From Styela clava (lineage: Eukaryota): a stretch of 64,000 bases of DNA. The notes under the pieces are model-generated. The model saw nothing but the letters and a program-made list of their open reading frames with translations, did not search any database and was not told where the DNA came from. Below, in pieces: positions 12,549-26,400 of this stretch. Position 1 is the first letter of the stretch. Each line of letters opens with the position of its first letter. The stretch spans positions 13,454,001 to 13,518,000 of the forward strand of contig NC_135255.1 of NCBI RefSeq assembly GCF_964204865.1, given 5' to 3'. Made by a program: the position numbers and the translations under genes.

Positions 12549-14319
12549 CAGTGGTTCCCAACCTTTCTATCCTGGCGGACCGGTAAAATTAAATTAAATG
12601 TACTCGCGGACCGGCAAAAAATTGAAATAACCGGAACAGATAATATAATGCAATGTCGGGCACTCAAAAAAGGCACACTTAAAAACATTTCACACGAAGA
12701 AAACTATCAAATAATGTGCCAGCCAAAAATTGAAATGGGTAAAACATAATTTAATACCATCTCTTTCGTAATAAAATGCAGTACTGGGCAGTGGCGTAGC
12801 AAGACTCTCGTGACCCCGCAAAAATATTTCGAGGAAATGACCCTAAAAACTCTCGGACAAAGGCTAAAACAACGCTTTTTTTATTTCGTCAAAAAGCATA
12901 ACATGTCGCTATTAAAAGGCAATGGTAACAAAAAATTTGCCGTTTATCTTGGTTACTTTATATTTTTTTCATACGTGCGTACTCTTCTGCCCTTTTTCCG
13001 CGTTTCTGTGCGCCACTGAGAGGTTTTGCTTTCGACATCATTGTGACAGCCTTTGCAATTTTGCCGGTGCGATCAATCCACAAGACGCCGAAAATCGACG
13101 ACTCCCTGGCATTGTTACTTAACAAAAGGATTTGAGCAGAACTAACATCAACATTAGATGTGCATTACTGGTTTTGCAATGTAACTTTTGGTTTTGCGGC
13201 TTACCTTTCTAAATTCTAACCGCTTGGGCCCCTTGGCGCTGTGGGCCCTCCCGCCACTGCGGGGGTGGATGCTATGCCACTGGTACTGGGCACCCATTAT
13301 GCGTGAGAAAGGCACGCATAAAACATTTCACATAAAAAACATGTACATGCCAAATATTGTATAAACACAATTAGCTCTAGTGAGAATTTTGCTGCTGTTT
13401 CGTTTCCAATATTGGATTGCAAACGAGGCCTCAAAGAAGTTTCTGCAACACGTAGCTCTGCAGAGGCGAGTAGCCGATTTTGTTGCTTCGTTTTAATTGA
13501 AGCTAGTGATGAAAATGTTTTTTCGCATAACGCAGTAACTGATTGAAAATACGGACAACAGTTTGATTGCTTACTTAGCGATGGGTATTCGCCATCAAGA
13601 GATATCCAAAATTGTGACAGTGATTCTTTCTTAAATCTGGACTGTAAAGTTGAATCACAATTTTAATTAAGTTTTTTTTTCTGACTGGCAAGTTGGCACC
13701 AGGATCAAAATCCTACTATGTCTGCTCAAAATATTGGAAAAGATCTCTGCCGCCCATTTTTTTGCGCGTCTCGTGACCACCTGCAGTGTCGCAACAAGTT
13801 CATATCTTACTGGAATATTATACTGCTCTTGACTGTTTTCTGGTTTAAACAAAGGAAATATGCATAACGTTTTATATAAATGGTCATAATAATCAGGAAT
13901 ATGACGCAGAACAGAAAAAGAACGCGTGCCAATTTTTAGCTTTTGAATTTTGCCATATTTGATGGAGTGCATTCGCGATGAATCGGACCAGAAAAAGCAA
14001 ACATTGTGATTACTCGGCGCCAAGATGTCGCAATATGACGGCGTGAGAGAAATTGCGTAATAAACCAAAGCAACCTCATCTTCGGTAAAGCGATCGGAGC
14101 GCATTCGCGATGAATCGAGGCCAAAAAAGGGAAAAGTGTGATTACTCGGCGCCAAGATGTCGCGAATTACGTCGCAATATAACGATGGACAAGAAATTGC
14201 GTAATAAACCAACGCAACTTCGTCTTCGGTAAAGCGATTGAGACGGAATAAAAACAACGAAATTTCTCGCGGACCGGCGAAAAAGCTTCGGTCCGCGGAC
14301 CGGCGGTTGGGAACCACTG
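12549..14319 (-). mobile_element. Non-autonomous hAT (Buster/Charlie-type) deletion derivative
   Basis: TIR CAGTGGTTCCCAACC; 8-bp TSD GTCTAGAT (12541-12548, 14320-14327). Relic C-terminal dimerisation motif QFWISLDGEYPSL..CEKTFSSLASIKTKQQNRL. Paralogous sites at about 36624, 47880 and 56437 are empty. Confidence 0.92.
12789..13282. mobile_element. hAT MITE nested in the Buster derivative
   Basis: TIR CAGTGGCGTAGC...GCTATGCCACTG with 8-bp TSD GTACTGGG on both sides. Confidence 0.88.
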
Positions 14320-15044
14320 GTCTAGATAAGGGTTATTCAAAATGAACCTTCCGCTCCACTAGGGGACCACAGAGAGTTTCCCTCTGGGCAAAAAGCACTT
14401 TAACTAGGTTTCATTCACGATGACGGTGACAGATCTAGATTAACATTCCAATTTATCAAGTAAAATCTTGTCTGATATTATGCAGAAAATTTGGAAAAAA
14501 AAAAAAAAATATTTCTTTTGAAATATTTTGCTCTCGGTCACAAACTATACATATGGTTAGCTATACTATTTCTCATTGTTGTTATTCTTGTTGACGTTAT
14601 TTGGAAAAAATTGCCAGTACTGCTTGATTTCTCATTTTTAGTACTTAGATAGAAAAAGTTGCAAATTTGCTATTGCTTTTATTTCATTTCTCAAATTTTT
14701 CTATGAGACCAATATAATTACGAAAAACTTTTAGGGCTTTAATTAAAGGGGACACTTTTTTATTCCATCACACTGGTCTTTTTTTGTCATAATTGGTGCT
14801 ATGAGGTCTTAAAATCATCGTACCGTGACCTTTGATGCACAGAGGGTCATATAGAAATGGTTATCTGGCCAGATTGGTTCAACAGTTATTGTTAATATAT
14901 ACCTTCAACATTGGAGCATTAATAAACATCGTTAGTCAAATGAACTTAACTTATTGAGACAATGTAACTATTTATTACGAAATTCGAATAATAAGAAATA
15001 TACTGGAAAATGATTAGTTTGATCAAAAAAATAATTCTTACTTT

Positions 15045-15350
15045 CAACAATGGTAAAACCTTTAAAAATTTGGCGATTATAATAATTAAAGTTGAGTTCG
15101 TTGCAACACTGTTTGCAAAAGCCATCTTGAAGTAACATCTGGTGATAAACCATTTACAGGGATTCCACCTTATAAAGAGAAAGATTATTGATAACAAACA
15201 ACAATAAAATTTACGAAAAGGTCCCAAAGTCAAAAACAAAGTGAAAGAATAACGTAAAAATCACCTTCAACATTATTCAGCAAGTTTGAAATGAGTTGAT
15301 CGTAAAGAAATTCCCTTTTTACAACATTTAAATCCTACGTCGGAAGCTGT
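15045..15350 (-). pseudogene. ZFC3H1: Two degraded upstream ZFC3H1-like exons (copy 1)
   Basis: They translate to ..KREFLYDQLISNLLNNVE|GGIPVNGLSPDVTSRWLLQTVLQRTQL*, similar to recalled SFQLLEALLFRVQL. In-frame stops are present in all four copies (also about 37265-37570, 48610-48920, 57175-57470). Confidence 0.55.
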
Positions 15351-15479
15351 AAAACAAGTCAAACAATCTTGTGGCATTATGAAATTAGAGGGGTAGCAAA
15401 CCAACTCCTGGCAACTACTTGACCAATAGAATGCAATTTGTTCAAATTGGTTCATACTGTTCTCTTACCTTGCCTGTGT

Positions 15480-16115
15480 CCTCCAGGGATCTTGCTTGTG
15501 TCTCAACATCATTCTTAATTTTTTCTCAATGATCTTCCCCACAGCTTCACATTATTTTCAAAATTGTTCGCTGATGACACAAACCTTCATGATAGCAACA
15601 AGTCTCCGGATGTGCTTGAGTCCAGAGTGAACACTAAAATACAAAAAAGTAGCAAATTGATGAAACTTAACAAACTAACATTGAATGTTGAAAAATCAAA
15701 AACTATGCTATTGCGGTAAGGATGCTGTATCGGCTTAGGTGTTTCACTTCAATTTCAACTTTGTGCATGGTTTACTTCACCCTGTTTCAGTCTCATTTGC
15801 AATATGGATTTGTAAATTGGGGATCAGCTAAGAAAACCATTCTACGTTGAACCGAGATAATTCAAAACAGCGCTATGTGTGCTGTACTCTTTGCTGGATC
15901 AATGTCAAAATTAAACCCCCACTACCATAAGATGCAACTAATCAAAATGGCAGATATTTATAAAAGCGAGGTATTAGAACTCATGCACCAGCACCATAAA
16001 ACTGCCTATTGCATTTTGTCAAACAAACCAGTGTACACTCTTGTGCAACTCGGTCCGCTGCCAATAGCCCATACTATGTGCCTCGTTATTCCACCAATCA
16101 GCCAATTGTTCTAGA
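15480..16115 (+). mobile_element. Degenerate LINE (CR1/L2-clade) reverse transcriptase fragment
   Basis: F.F.NDLPHSFTLFSKLFADDTNL ... LNVEKSKTM ... LYMVYF.LFQSHLQYG..AWGSA..I.IIQN.A.R. Copies at about 37700-38330, 49040-49686 and 57600-58220. Confidence 0.85.
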
Positions 16116-19100
16116 TTTATATGGTATGAGTGTTATCTTTATTTGTCCATGTTTTTTATAATAGGCTATCACCATCATCATAATAATTTTCATCAACACT
16201 GTGGTTTACTTTGTTTCCAGTATTATTTGCTCCCACCTGACAGAGCAAAATAACTCCAGTATGACTTTTTCCCACTAGTAGGTATTTTACCTCAATATGC
16301 TCAAGATACCTTAATACTGTAATAGGATATTCATCCATCATATAAATTTTCATAAATGTGGTAGTATGTGCACCTTAACAAAGTATGTGCACCTTGGTAG
16401 CAAAAATAACTTAATAGGCTATGAACTTTTCCAATAACTGAATGAAGGCAAATTTCATTTAATTTTCTGTTACCTTTAATAGTCAATGTTCCATAACAGG
16501 CTAATCATTATTTCATTAATACATTCCATATACGTTGTTTCACATTTTCCAATATTACGTGCTCCTGGCATCGCAATCAAACTTAAAAATGACATTTTTC
16601 TGCATAAAGTCTAATTCATGTATTTCTAGTTTCCACTGTTGTTGCGGGGAATCCCCTAGTTATTATGATCGATAAGCTTCGTCACCTCAGTGAAGTTACA
16701 GCTAAATGAAGTTTGACTTTGTGTGCGACTATCGTTGACATTTTTGAAATACATAAACGCAATAGCCCTCAGTGAAAAATATAATATTTATCCACTGAAA
16801 ATTTCCAAGCAATTGGTCCAGTAGGTAATAAGAAAATATATTTTTTCATAACAAGAGCAAGAAAATGAATTCTAACAACAACATAATAACAAAACGATCC
16901 ATATGTCCACTTTACTTAAAATAATAACTGTCATAGCAAAAATTTATTGCAATTTAAGAAGTTCAATTCGTTCACATGTCTTCCTGTGAGTCTGGATCGT
17001 AATTTGGAGACGGTAAGATGTAGCGGATGTTGCTGGGACACAGAGGTAGCCAACTTTTGGGCGACAACTGCGATATTTGATAAGTTTTTTTGTTTCGTTG
17101 ACGTTGGCACGTGTCCTTCACCCGCGTAACCGAGCGAGGGGGGGGGGGGGAGTATAAAAATATAGTGAAGTTTGCGATGTCGTAGCAACTGCACATAGCA
17201 GTTTATACATTTATGTGAATGACCAGGTGAATATACCCCCTGTCCATAGGTTTCAGTCCCTTTATACAACTTGATGTACAGTAGGCGAACAAAATTAGTT
17301 ACCTCCATATTTGTACACACACTTTTGGAGCGAGGTTTAATCATGGTGTTAAAATCAGTAGAAAAGACTAACTTCACATCCACGGAGATATTAGGATTAT
17401 CAATTCGTTCTTTGCTCGTAACAGTAAGACAGAACCAACGACTAACATACCTGAAGAGTGCTAACAAAAATAAATGTAGACTCCTCGAACCACAATCACC
17501 TAAGACAGGCCTGGCTATGTTGTAAAGTTGGTAATAGATACCGGTTTCATGTCATATTACCAATTTCAACGAGTTACGTTTACTTTTGGAAATCAGTTGA
17601 ATAAAACAATCAACTGGTTTAGTGTTCACTATTTTGTTTTAGTTGGTAATATATTATCTACTGCTAGAGATTCTCGCATCGATCCTCAAAGTCAACACCA
17701 CTATAATTTATGAGAACATTGATACCTAGTTTATACGCGGAAAACGGGGACGCTATATTTTTCGAACTAGTAAAACTGTCATCGATTGTTCTGCAGTCCT
17801 ATTCCCTTACTAATGTGGCGCCCTAGTTTGAAGAGTCTGATCTAGACATTGACTCATTGAGCAGATATGGGTAAATATCTAAACCGTATGGTACTACTTT
17901 ATGGACTTGAAAACTGCCTTGGACGTCTTTTCCCAATGTAACGAGATCCAGGCAATAACCAGTTTGGTAAAAAATGCACATAAAGTTACGCAAATGTATT
18001 TATTAAAAAAAATTAATAATATGCAATCAAAAGCATTTTTGCTTGCAGTGAGTGTCCAAGTGAAAAATGGAATCACGAAATACAGAAAAGGGGCAAAGCA
18101 GTGACGGAAACATAAATACAAAGACTGAAAAAATATAAAATAAACTGCTGAAGATCAAAAAAAATGTTGCATCTTTTAAACTTCCAAATTTGCAGAAAAT
18201 GAGATATTCTAGACAAGGATCTTCTCACAAACTCGACAATAATTGAGCATCATTCACAGGAACAAATTGTATGCACAAAACTTTGGTTCAGGTCGGAAGG
18301 AATCATCCAGTTTCTTGACAATATTCTGGTGCAGAATTGATCTTCACAAACACTTTCCATCAATTCGTTAAGGTTACACTTAAACTAAGCAAGTAGTCCT
18401 ACAATACACCAAGTACTGCATAAAACAAAACAATATTAATTGGCATCTGCGAAGCCCATGAAGGAGCCGAGATGCGAAAATAACAGTTCATGTTTGTTGT
18501 AGAACGGAACCTAGTGCAGTATTAAACAGTACTGCAGAATATGAAAATCGAAGATATACCTGAAAAAAATAAGTGGCAAAGATGTGTAGAAAAGATTAAT
18601 GTTATGAGAGTTTTTTTTTATATTCTGCTCTATCGAAATGGAAGAAAAGTTTGATTAGGACAAAGACAGGCAACCACCCTGCTGTATTCTAAGGGCGCCC
18701 ACTTCCGAATACCCTACATTTCTATTTTCTGATGCAAAATATACTGTATAATGTAAAATATTGAGATGCTTAATATAGTAACAAAGATAACCAACCACTC
18801 TCACCTTTTTATTGCAAGAAATTAACTTAAGGAGTTTTGGGCAGAAGACATCCTGCATCCATCTGTAACCATGATGAACATCGAATCTTTTCCGGAATAA
18901 AATCTTCAGGTTTCGCATATGTTTTCAGAGTGGTGAGATACTGCAGTAACAGAGAAAACGTATATTAAAACAAATAAATCGTAACAACATTGTGTAAAAT
19001 GGAAAGGAAAATAGAAAGAAGATTAACGAATCAAACAATCCACAATGTCAGTTCTTCTTGCGGTTTCAATACAAGACATGTTGAGTAATTTCCGAAGCAA

Positions 19101-22100
19101 TCAAAACACCTCCAACAGGCAATGCAAGAGGGATTTCAAATATCTGAAGTTACTATAAACTTTATCTGCATCTCTTAACACAATACTCTATCCTGTTGTT
19201 ACTAAACTGTTCTGATGAAGAGACTAAATACAAGTCGATATGAATATTTAACCTGAAGTTTTAGATTGGATGTTTCCTAAATATGCATGTTAATATTCGA
19301 TAATAGGAAGAAAAAAATCCAGGAGCCCTAAGTCTGCTGAAACTATACTGAAATCAAATGAATATGAGTTTCTTATTACTTTATAATAGGACATTCCTAA
19401 AATAGTGTGAGAAAGAATTTTGAAAGAAAATTTCTTTATTTTTCTTCAGAATGCAAAATAATAGGAATGTCCATAGAATTCAGACACGACGAAGCCCGGG
19501 TTTCAGGGCTATAACATTCAGAAAACCCAATTTACTTCATTAAAATATTGTGAACAAATTGTACAAATTCAAAAACTTGAAGATTCCAGACTTCAAAGTC
19601 AAAAATAAAAGAATGACGAAATTCAAGCAAAGGAATAAATTAACAGTTTAAATGATTTGGTTTCTGCAGACGAACTACTTAACTTTTATGCTTTTGTGTC
19701 GGTGAATCCATATTCACTTAATGCAAGAATGCTGTAGTAAGAGTGGAGATAACTATCCTAGTGATTCAAAAGTCTTGATGCACACTAACACAAATATATT
19801 TCTATAACGTTTCGTCTGACATTGAACTTGAAACAATGATGACAGGCTTTCAAATCAAACTGAAATGCTAGTCTTTCATCCAGCAAGATTATTAAAACTT
19901 CTGGTGTATCACTAGCAAAACAAAGCAGTTTTACAATCCAACACTCTGACTCTTGATTCATTGAAATAAGAAAGTGCATCTGATTTCAGTACTAGTTTAA
20001 GAGAATGAACATTTAACTGTGGCAAATACAAGACACATTCAAAAATCTCATTCTATTAAAGCTGGAAATTTTCTACCTGCATCTTAAGGACATCTGAAAT
20101 TAAAACTCCCATAATAGCTAGTTCAAATTTCAACTCATAATCTGAAAGTATGAAAATATGACCCACGAAGAACTCTAAAATGAATGCAATCAAAATAAAT
20201 CGATTTTACGTACATTTGCAAGAAGCCACATGGTCCCAATTTTTGTATGAAATTATCACTTTACAAATATAACAACTTTCTAATTGCACTCACCTGTTGC
20301 CCAGGAAACAAAGTTTAAAACATTTTACTAGTTAAGAAAAATTTATATTTACATCAGTCCACAGCTCACGAGAATACGGTACTGCATCCACAGACCGCCG
20401 GGACAGATGTATTGCCTAAAATAGGGATTATTTTCAATAAACATAATTGTCACTTTGTCAATTTCACAAAATCAAAACTTGATACCCGTACCTTTGATAT
20501 TCTTCCACGAGAGAAAAGTGACGAGACTGATCTAGATCATTTTGTGAAAAAAAAATATAGAAATTAATAAGTTGCCTCATGAAACTTTTATAAATCAATT
20601 ACAAAAAGGATTTAAACATTTAACATCTAAATACTTGGATTTACATACAACTCGTAAGAAAACATGTTGATTACCATAAAACTTGAATAGCAAATATATC
20701 AAATATCATTCAAAAAAGATTATTCAAGATTTACTACATTTTCCATATCATCATGTTTTGACACAATGTAGTTGAAGTTATCCTCCATAATATGGAAACG
20801 ATTGTTGAGTCATCTCCAAAACTGAGAAAATGTCGGCAAGCCCTGGAATATAAAAATATATTCCATAAAATTTGGAATATCCGAGTTAATGTTCCCGAAA
20901 CCTTGATCTAAAATGCTGATGAAAGTACAGTCGAAATTGAAAAACCAAACGAATATTATTTTTCCATTACAAGATAATTTACAAAGACTGTGTATATCAA
21001 ATACTAATTCTAAATGCCTATGAAGAACGCTAAAGCTAAAATGTTTCTACAATAACATTTCTAAATTTGGTATACTCTAATGGTCCCTTGTTTGATTGAA
21101 AGATTGTTGTGAAAGAAACCCATAGAATATAAATTCAAAAATTCACCAAATCAAATACAAATATTTATAAACTTATTTAAATAGATGTTGCATACTAGTT
21201 GGCGCTCCCGAAGTATGTGGACCAAAATAGCAGACACCGGAACGTAGTACGTGTACTAGGTTAGGGTTAGGCCATATTTTTATGCCAATTTTCCTTATTT
21301 TAGTTCTACTACGAGTTCAGGGACTAGGCAAGTGACTCCTATACTATGTACCTGAAATTATGGCCTAGCCCTAACCTGGTACACATACTACGCTCAAGTG
21401 TTTGCCATTCTGAATCACATACTTCAGGAGTACCTACTAGTTTACCTTCCAACAAATCACCATTTATCCACTTACCTCAATAACAGTGGAACATTATATG
21501 GCATCAGATCAGTAAGAAAATTATAAGCAGTTGATATGTGTTGCCTTGTATGAAAGCATGATAAGTAGATAGACGCAACCTGTAGTTTATAAAATACTAA
21601 AATCAATATTATCATGTAAATACTGTCATTATCAAAAATCGATCGGTCTATGCAAAATATTTAGTATCCTAAATGAGTTTATTATCATTAAGCAAAAAAG
21701 CAAATTCACAAAAATCTTTATTATTCCGAGAATTAGACATAAACATCTATAAAAAATAAAAATATATCAATTTTAATAAACAACTGTACACTTACTATTA
21801 TTATGTATCATGTTAGAATCTAGTAACCTAGAGCAGTGGTTCCCAACCGCCGGTCCGCGCAGCTTTTTTGCCGGTCCGCGAGAAATTTCGTAGTTTGGTT
21901 GTTTTAATGCCGTCTCAATTGCTATACCGAAGACGAGGTTGCGTTTATTACGCAATTTCTCTTCCGCCGTCATATTGCCACATCTTGGCGACGTCTTTCG
22001 GGACATCTTATCCCCAGGTAATAACACTTCGCTTTTTCGGCTCTGATTCGTCGCGAATGCGCGCCATCGAATCTCGCAAGAATCAGAAACCTAAAAATTG

Positions 22101-22883
22101 GCACGTGTGTTTTTCTGTTCTTCATGCTTTGCCCGATTAATATGACTATCCATATAAAACTTTATGCATATTTCTTTGTTTAAACAAAAATACAGTCAAG
22201 AACAGTATAATATTCTAGTAAGATATGAACTTGTTGCGACCCTGCAGGTGGTCACGACTCACGAGACGCGCAAAAAAGCATGGACCGCAGAGATCCATGT
22301 ATTTCGAGCAGGCACAGTAGGATTTTGGGCCAAGTTACCGACGACTTTGTCATTTCATTGTAAATTCATTTTGTTTGAGACGTCAAGCAACTACAGTGGG
22401 ATTAATATGATAAACTCGATGAAAAAGAAAAAACCTCGATTAAAATTGTGATTATACTTTACAGTTTAGATTTAAAAAAGTATCACAGTCACAATTTATG
22501 ATATCCCTCGATAACGAATACCCATCGCTAAGTAATCGAGCAATCAAACTGTTGTCCGTATTTTCAACTAGTTACTTATGCGTTAAAACATTTTCATCAT
22601 CAGCTTTAATCAAAACGAAGCAGAGAAATCGGCCACACGCCGCTGCATAGCTACGTGATGCAGAAACTTCTTTGAGGCCTCGTTTACAATCCTATATTTT
22701 TCATGTGAGATTTTTTTATGCTGCATTTCATATGCGTAATGAGTGTCCAGCACTGCATTTGATTACGCAAATATATGGTATTATTTTGTTTCACTCATTT
22801 CAATTTTTGGCTGTCACATTATTCGATATTTTTTTTTTGTGTGACATGTTTTTGGGTGTGCCTTTTATGTCCAGGAGCATATT

Positions 22884-23343
22884 TAGTTTGGATTTCTGCC
22901 CATTGACAAATCACCCTTGCCTACTATGTCTCTTTAACTAATATCCCGAAATGAAACGAATAGATTTCTCCCAAAGTGATTTAATCCAGATATCAGTAAG
23001 ACAAAGTGACCTGACAAACAATAAAGATGAATATTAAAATCAGTACAGGCAACCAGGCACAATACAAAGCAAGAATATACCAATTCACTTACATTTAAAT
23101 GAGACTTTGTCAGAACAGATTATCCCAATGTAAGAAACTTAAGAAATAGAATATTCATACCCAATGACTATAGCACCATTAACAAGCTTATGAGAACAGA
23201 TCTAAAGACAGACTAAAGCTCTAGACATTTAACCATAACAAGAAGTAATCAAGTAATCAGCCAATAATCGCGATGCAGTGAACCATACGTAAACACACCA
23301 AAAGTAAGTAGTACCAAGATAAATCAGTCAAATGTTCAAACCA
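22884..23343 (-). repeat. 3' LTR
   Basis: No differences from 28864-29323 seen by eye. Ends TGGTTTG...CAAACTA on the - strand. Confidence 0.95.
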
Positions 23344-23419
23344 CTCCCCCCCAGTCTATGAATGCAATGAAAAAGACGATAATATTGAACATTGTTGATT
23401 CGGAGTAACTGATATGAGA

Positions 23420-26400
23420 TTAGATGTCTTTCAACCCACACTGTAGCTCTTCTTTGGTCGCAATTAGACAAAGTTTATGTATTGGTCGATTGTATAAATT
23501 CCCATCGCTGTCTTTGATTGTAACACTTCTCACCAAGCCATCTGAACTGGGCATAATGTTGTGAACCAGTGCTTTTTTCCATAAACCTCTGGGTGCACTT
23601 CCGCCTTTAAATCCAGGTTGAAGAATTAATACGTAATCTTCCACTTGAAGATTGCGTCTTGTTCGAAACCATTTGTTAGCAAGTAATAGCTGAGGCGGTA
23701 TGTGTTTCATCCATGTTTTCCAGAACACCTCAACTCTGTTTTCCGCCACTTTTAGCATGTCTCGTGGATTGAATCTCTCTTCTTGTGTAGTTTGAGGGAC
23801 TACCTGCTTTTCATATGGATGTAAAAGAGTATTGCCAGTAATACAATTATATTCCAAAGGGTTTCCATCTGGGAAAAGTGGTCGACTATTGATGATATAA
23901 GTAATTTCGTTGAGAACAGTTGTCCATTCTTCGTAGGTCATAAGAGCCCTGCTGTAATTCACCACTGATGCATCGAGTGCTTTGCGAACCGAGTTGATAA
24001 GCGATTCTACTACTCCATTCATATGTGACGCGTAAGGCACATTATATTTCCAATCAAATTTCGTTTGATTCTCTGCCATCTCATGTTGAATCAACTGAAA
24101 ATTCCATTTCTCGATCCATTCCTTGATAGGCGTTTGACTAGCTTGAAATGTAGTACCTCCGTCGGAAAATACAAAAGCACGATGAATTCCCCTTATAGAT
24201 ACAAATCGTCTCCATGCCCGAAGGAACGAATTAGTATCCAGAGCCAGACACAGTTCCAGATGAATACAACGAGTGGTTGCACATGTAATAATTAAAACAG
24301 ACGCGTTGATAACTACATTTCGAGATTGCTTTACTTTCAAGTATCCGAAAAAATCCATTGCTACAGAATTGAATGGTGCCATCTGTGGTTGCATTCGAAA
24401 TGAAGGAAGTTCTCCCATGCGTTGCTGTAGCAACTTTCTACGACGAATCCTGCAAAATATACACATTGATGCTATTGATTTTAAGAGTATTCTTCCACCA
24501 ATAAGAACAATACCGTCATTCTTCATATTTGCCAATATAACTCGATACCCTTGATGTAAGACCTTTTTATGATAGAACACTCCAAGAAGACGAACGAGGG
24601 AATGTTCGCCCGGAAGCACGACTGGATGCTTCATTTCCATATATAAATCAGTTCTAGTCAGTCTTCCACCAATACGAAGAATTCCGTGAGAATCGAATAA
24701 CAAGTCTAATTTCCATAGAGTTTTGACAGCCTTCCCAAATTCATCAATCATAGATTTTTGACAAATTCTGAATATACACAATTTTGCTTTCTCTATGTAT
24801 TGTACGACATCGGCAGGTTTAAATTCCAAATTGACAAATGATTTTTGCTGAAATGCACCCTTCATCCAAGCTGTCGCTCTTAGCAAGTCTTGCCATGAAG
24901 AAAAATTATCCGCTAAATCATTATCATTTTGATAAGGTAAATCTGCTTTAACGACGTTGAATTGTCTTTTTCCGCGATATGCTTTTGACTTAGTTGGTGG
25001 TTTTTCTTCCAATATTTCTTGACGTAATTCATCTAATTTTAAGTCATCATCATTCGGCCAATATTCCATTGGTTGCCTTAGAAATTCAGGTCCTTCATGC
25101 CAAATTGTAAGCTTCTTGCAGGAAATAGGTTTTGTTAAACAATCTGCAGCATTAAGAAGACTTGGAATGAATTTGACTTCTTTTGTTAGATTCTTATGTG
25201 TATCTTGAAATTCTTGTACTCTTGAAGCAACGAATGGTTTGAATTTTCCAGATTGGGAATTCAACCAATAAATAACAACTTTGCTGTCTATCCAGAAATA
25301 TTTGAATGCAATATTGTACGGTAGTGCTTTACTTATTTCATGCACCAATCTGCTCATGCCTATTGCTCCCATTAGCTCCTTTCTTGGAGTACTTTTGTGT
25401 TTGAGTGGCGCCACAAATCCTTTTGCTGCAACGAATGTTAGCTTAACTCCACCTGTTGTAGGCCACCGTAAGAACACACAAGTGCCATAGGCTAAATCTC
25501 CACCGTCTGAAAATGCGTGCAGTTGAGGAGGTCCAGTTGTGTTTTCAGGTTTTAGACGTCTTGGAGTTGAAACTTGAGCTAACTTGGACATTTCTTGAAC
25601 ATTGTTATACCAGCATTTGACCACATCATCTGGCAAAGTTTGGTCCCAGCTAAATCCATCTGCCCAGATCTTTTGAAGATCTATTCTATACTGCATTGTG
25701 ACTGGAAGTAAATAACCCAGAGGGTCCCACAATTTCATTACACATGCTAATGCTTTTCTTTTAGAAAATCCTGTTTGCATGAAAGAAATGTCTTTGAATT
25801 TTGAACTGAAACTGTCATCAGTTTTATTCCAGGAATGACCAAGAACATCAACAACTTTTTCACCAGGATTTTGATCTACTTCAGGATGGTTTGAGTTCCA
25901 AATCTTTATAGAGAATTTTCCACGAATAAGTATTTGATCAACATCATTGATAACCTTGTTTGCAAGAATGTGATTCGAAACAGAATGGCTGACGTCATCA
26001 ATGTATGTATCTTTGTCCAATACAACAGCTCCAAGAGGATGATCTTTTCGAAATTTATCGGCTAAAAATTTAATTGTAAAGCATGCCAAGTCAGGACTAG
26101 ATTTATCTCCGAACATAACCCGAAGCCATTGAAAGATTGTTGGTTGCAACGATGAATCACCATAGCGCCAAAGGAAACGATGAAATTTCTGATCGACTTC
26201 TGCCATTTGAATTTGATTAAACATTTTCGATATATCACCAGCAATAGCCACACTATCAGCTCGCCATGCCATGAAACATCTGAACAAAGAATTCGCAAAG
26301 CTGGGGCCTTTCTCTAAACCATCATTGAGACATGTGCCCTTAAAAGGACACGCAGAATCAAATACTATTCTTAATTTTGTTGAGGTTTTATCCGGACGCT

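Larger units (their letters stand above)
1203..16740 (+). repeat. Segmental duplication unit A1 (paralogous to about 17538-38960)
   Basis: Both units begin GATACCGGTTTCATGTCATATTACC (1203 and 17538) and stay collinear at high identity apart from TE insertions. Confidence 0.9.

Noticed and set aside
13667-14317. 216-aa ORF with an internal repeat
   Set aside because: It lies in the subterminal repeats of the non-autonomous hAT, has no recognisable domain and is not preserved in the second copy.
16931-17467. 178-aa minus-strand ORF
   Set aside because: It crosses a poly-G run, has no recognisable motif and starts at a non-ATG codon; probably spurious.
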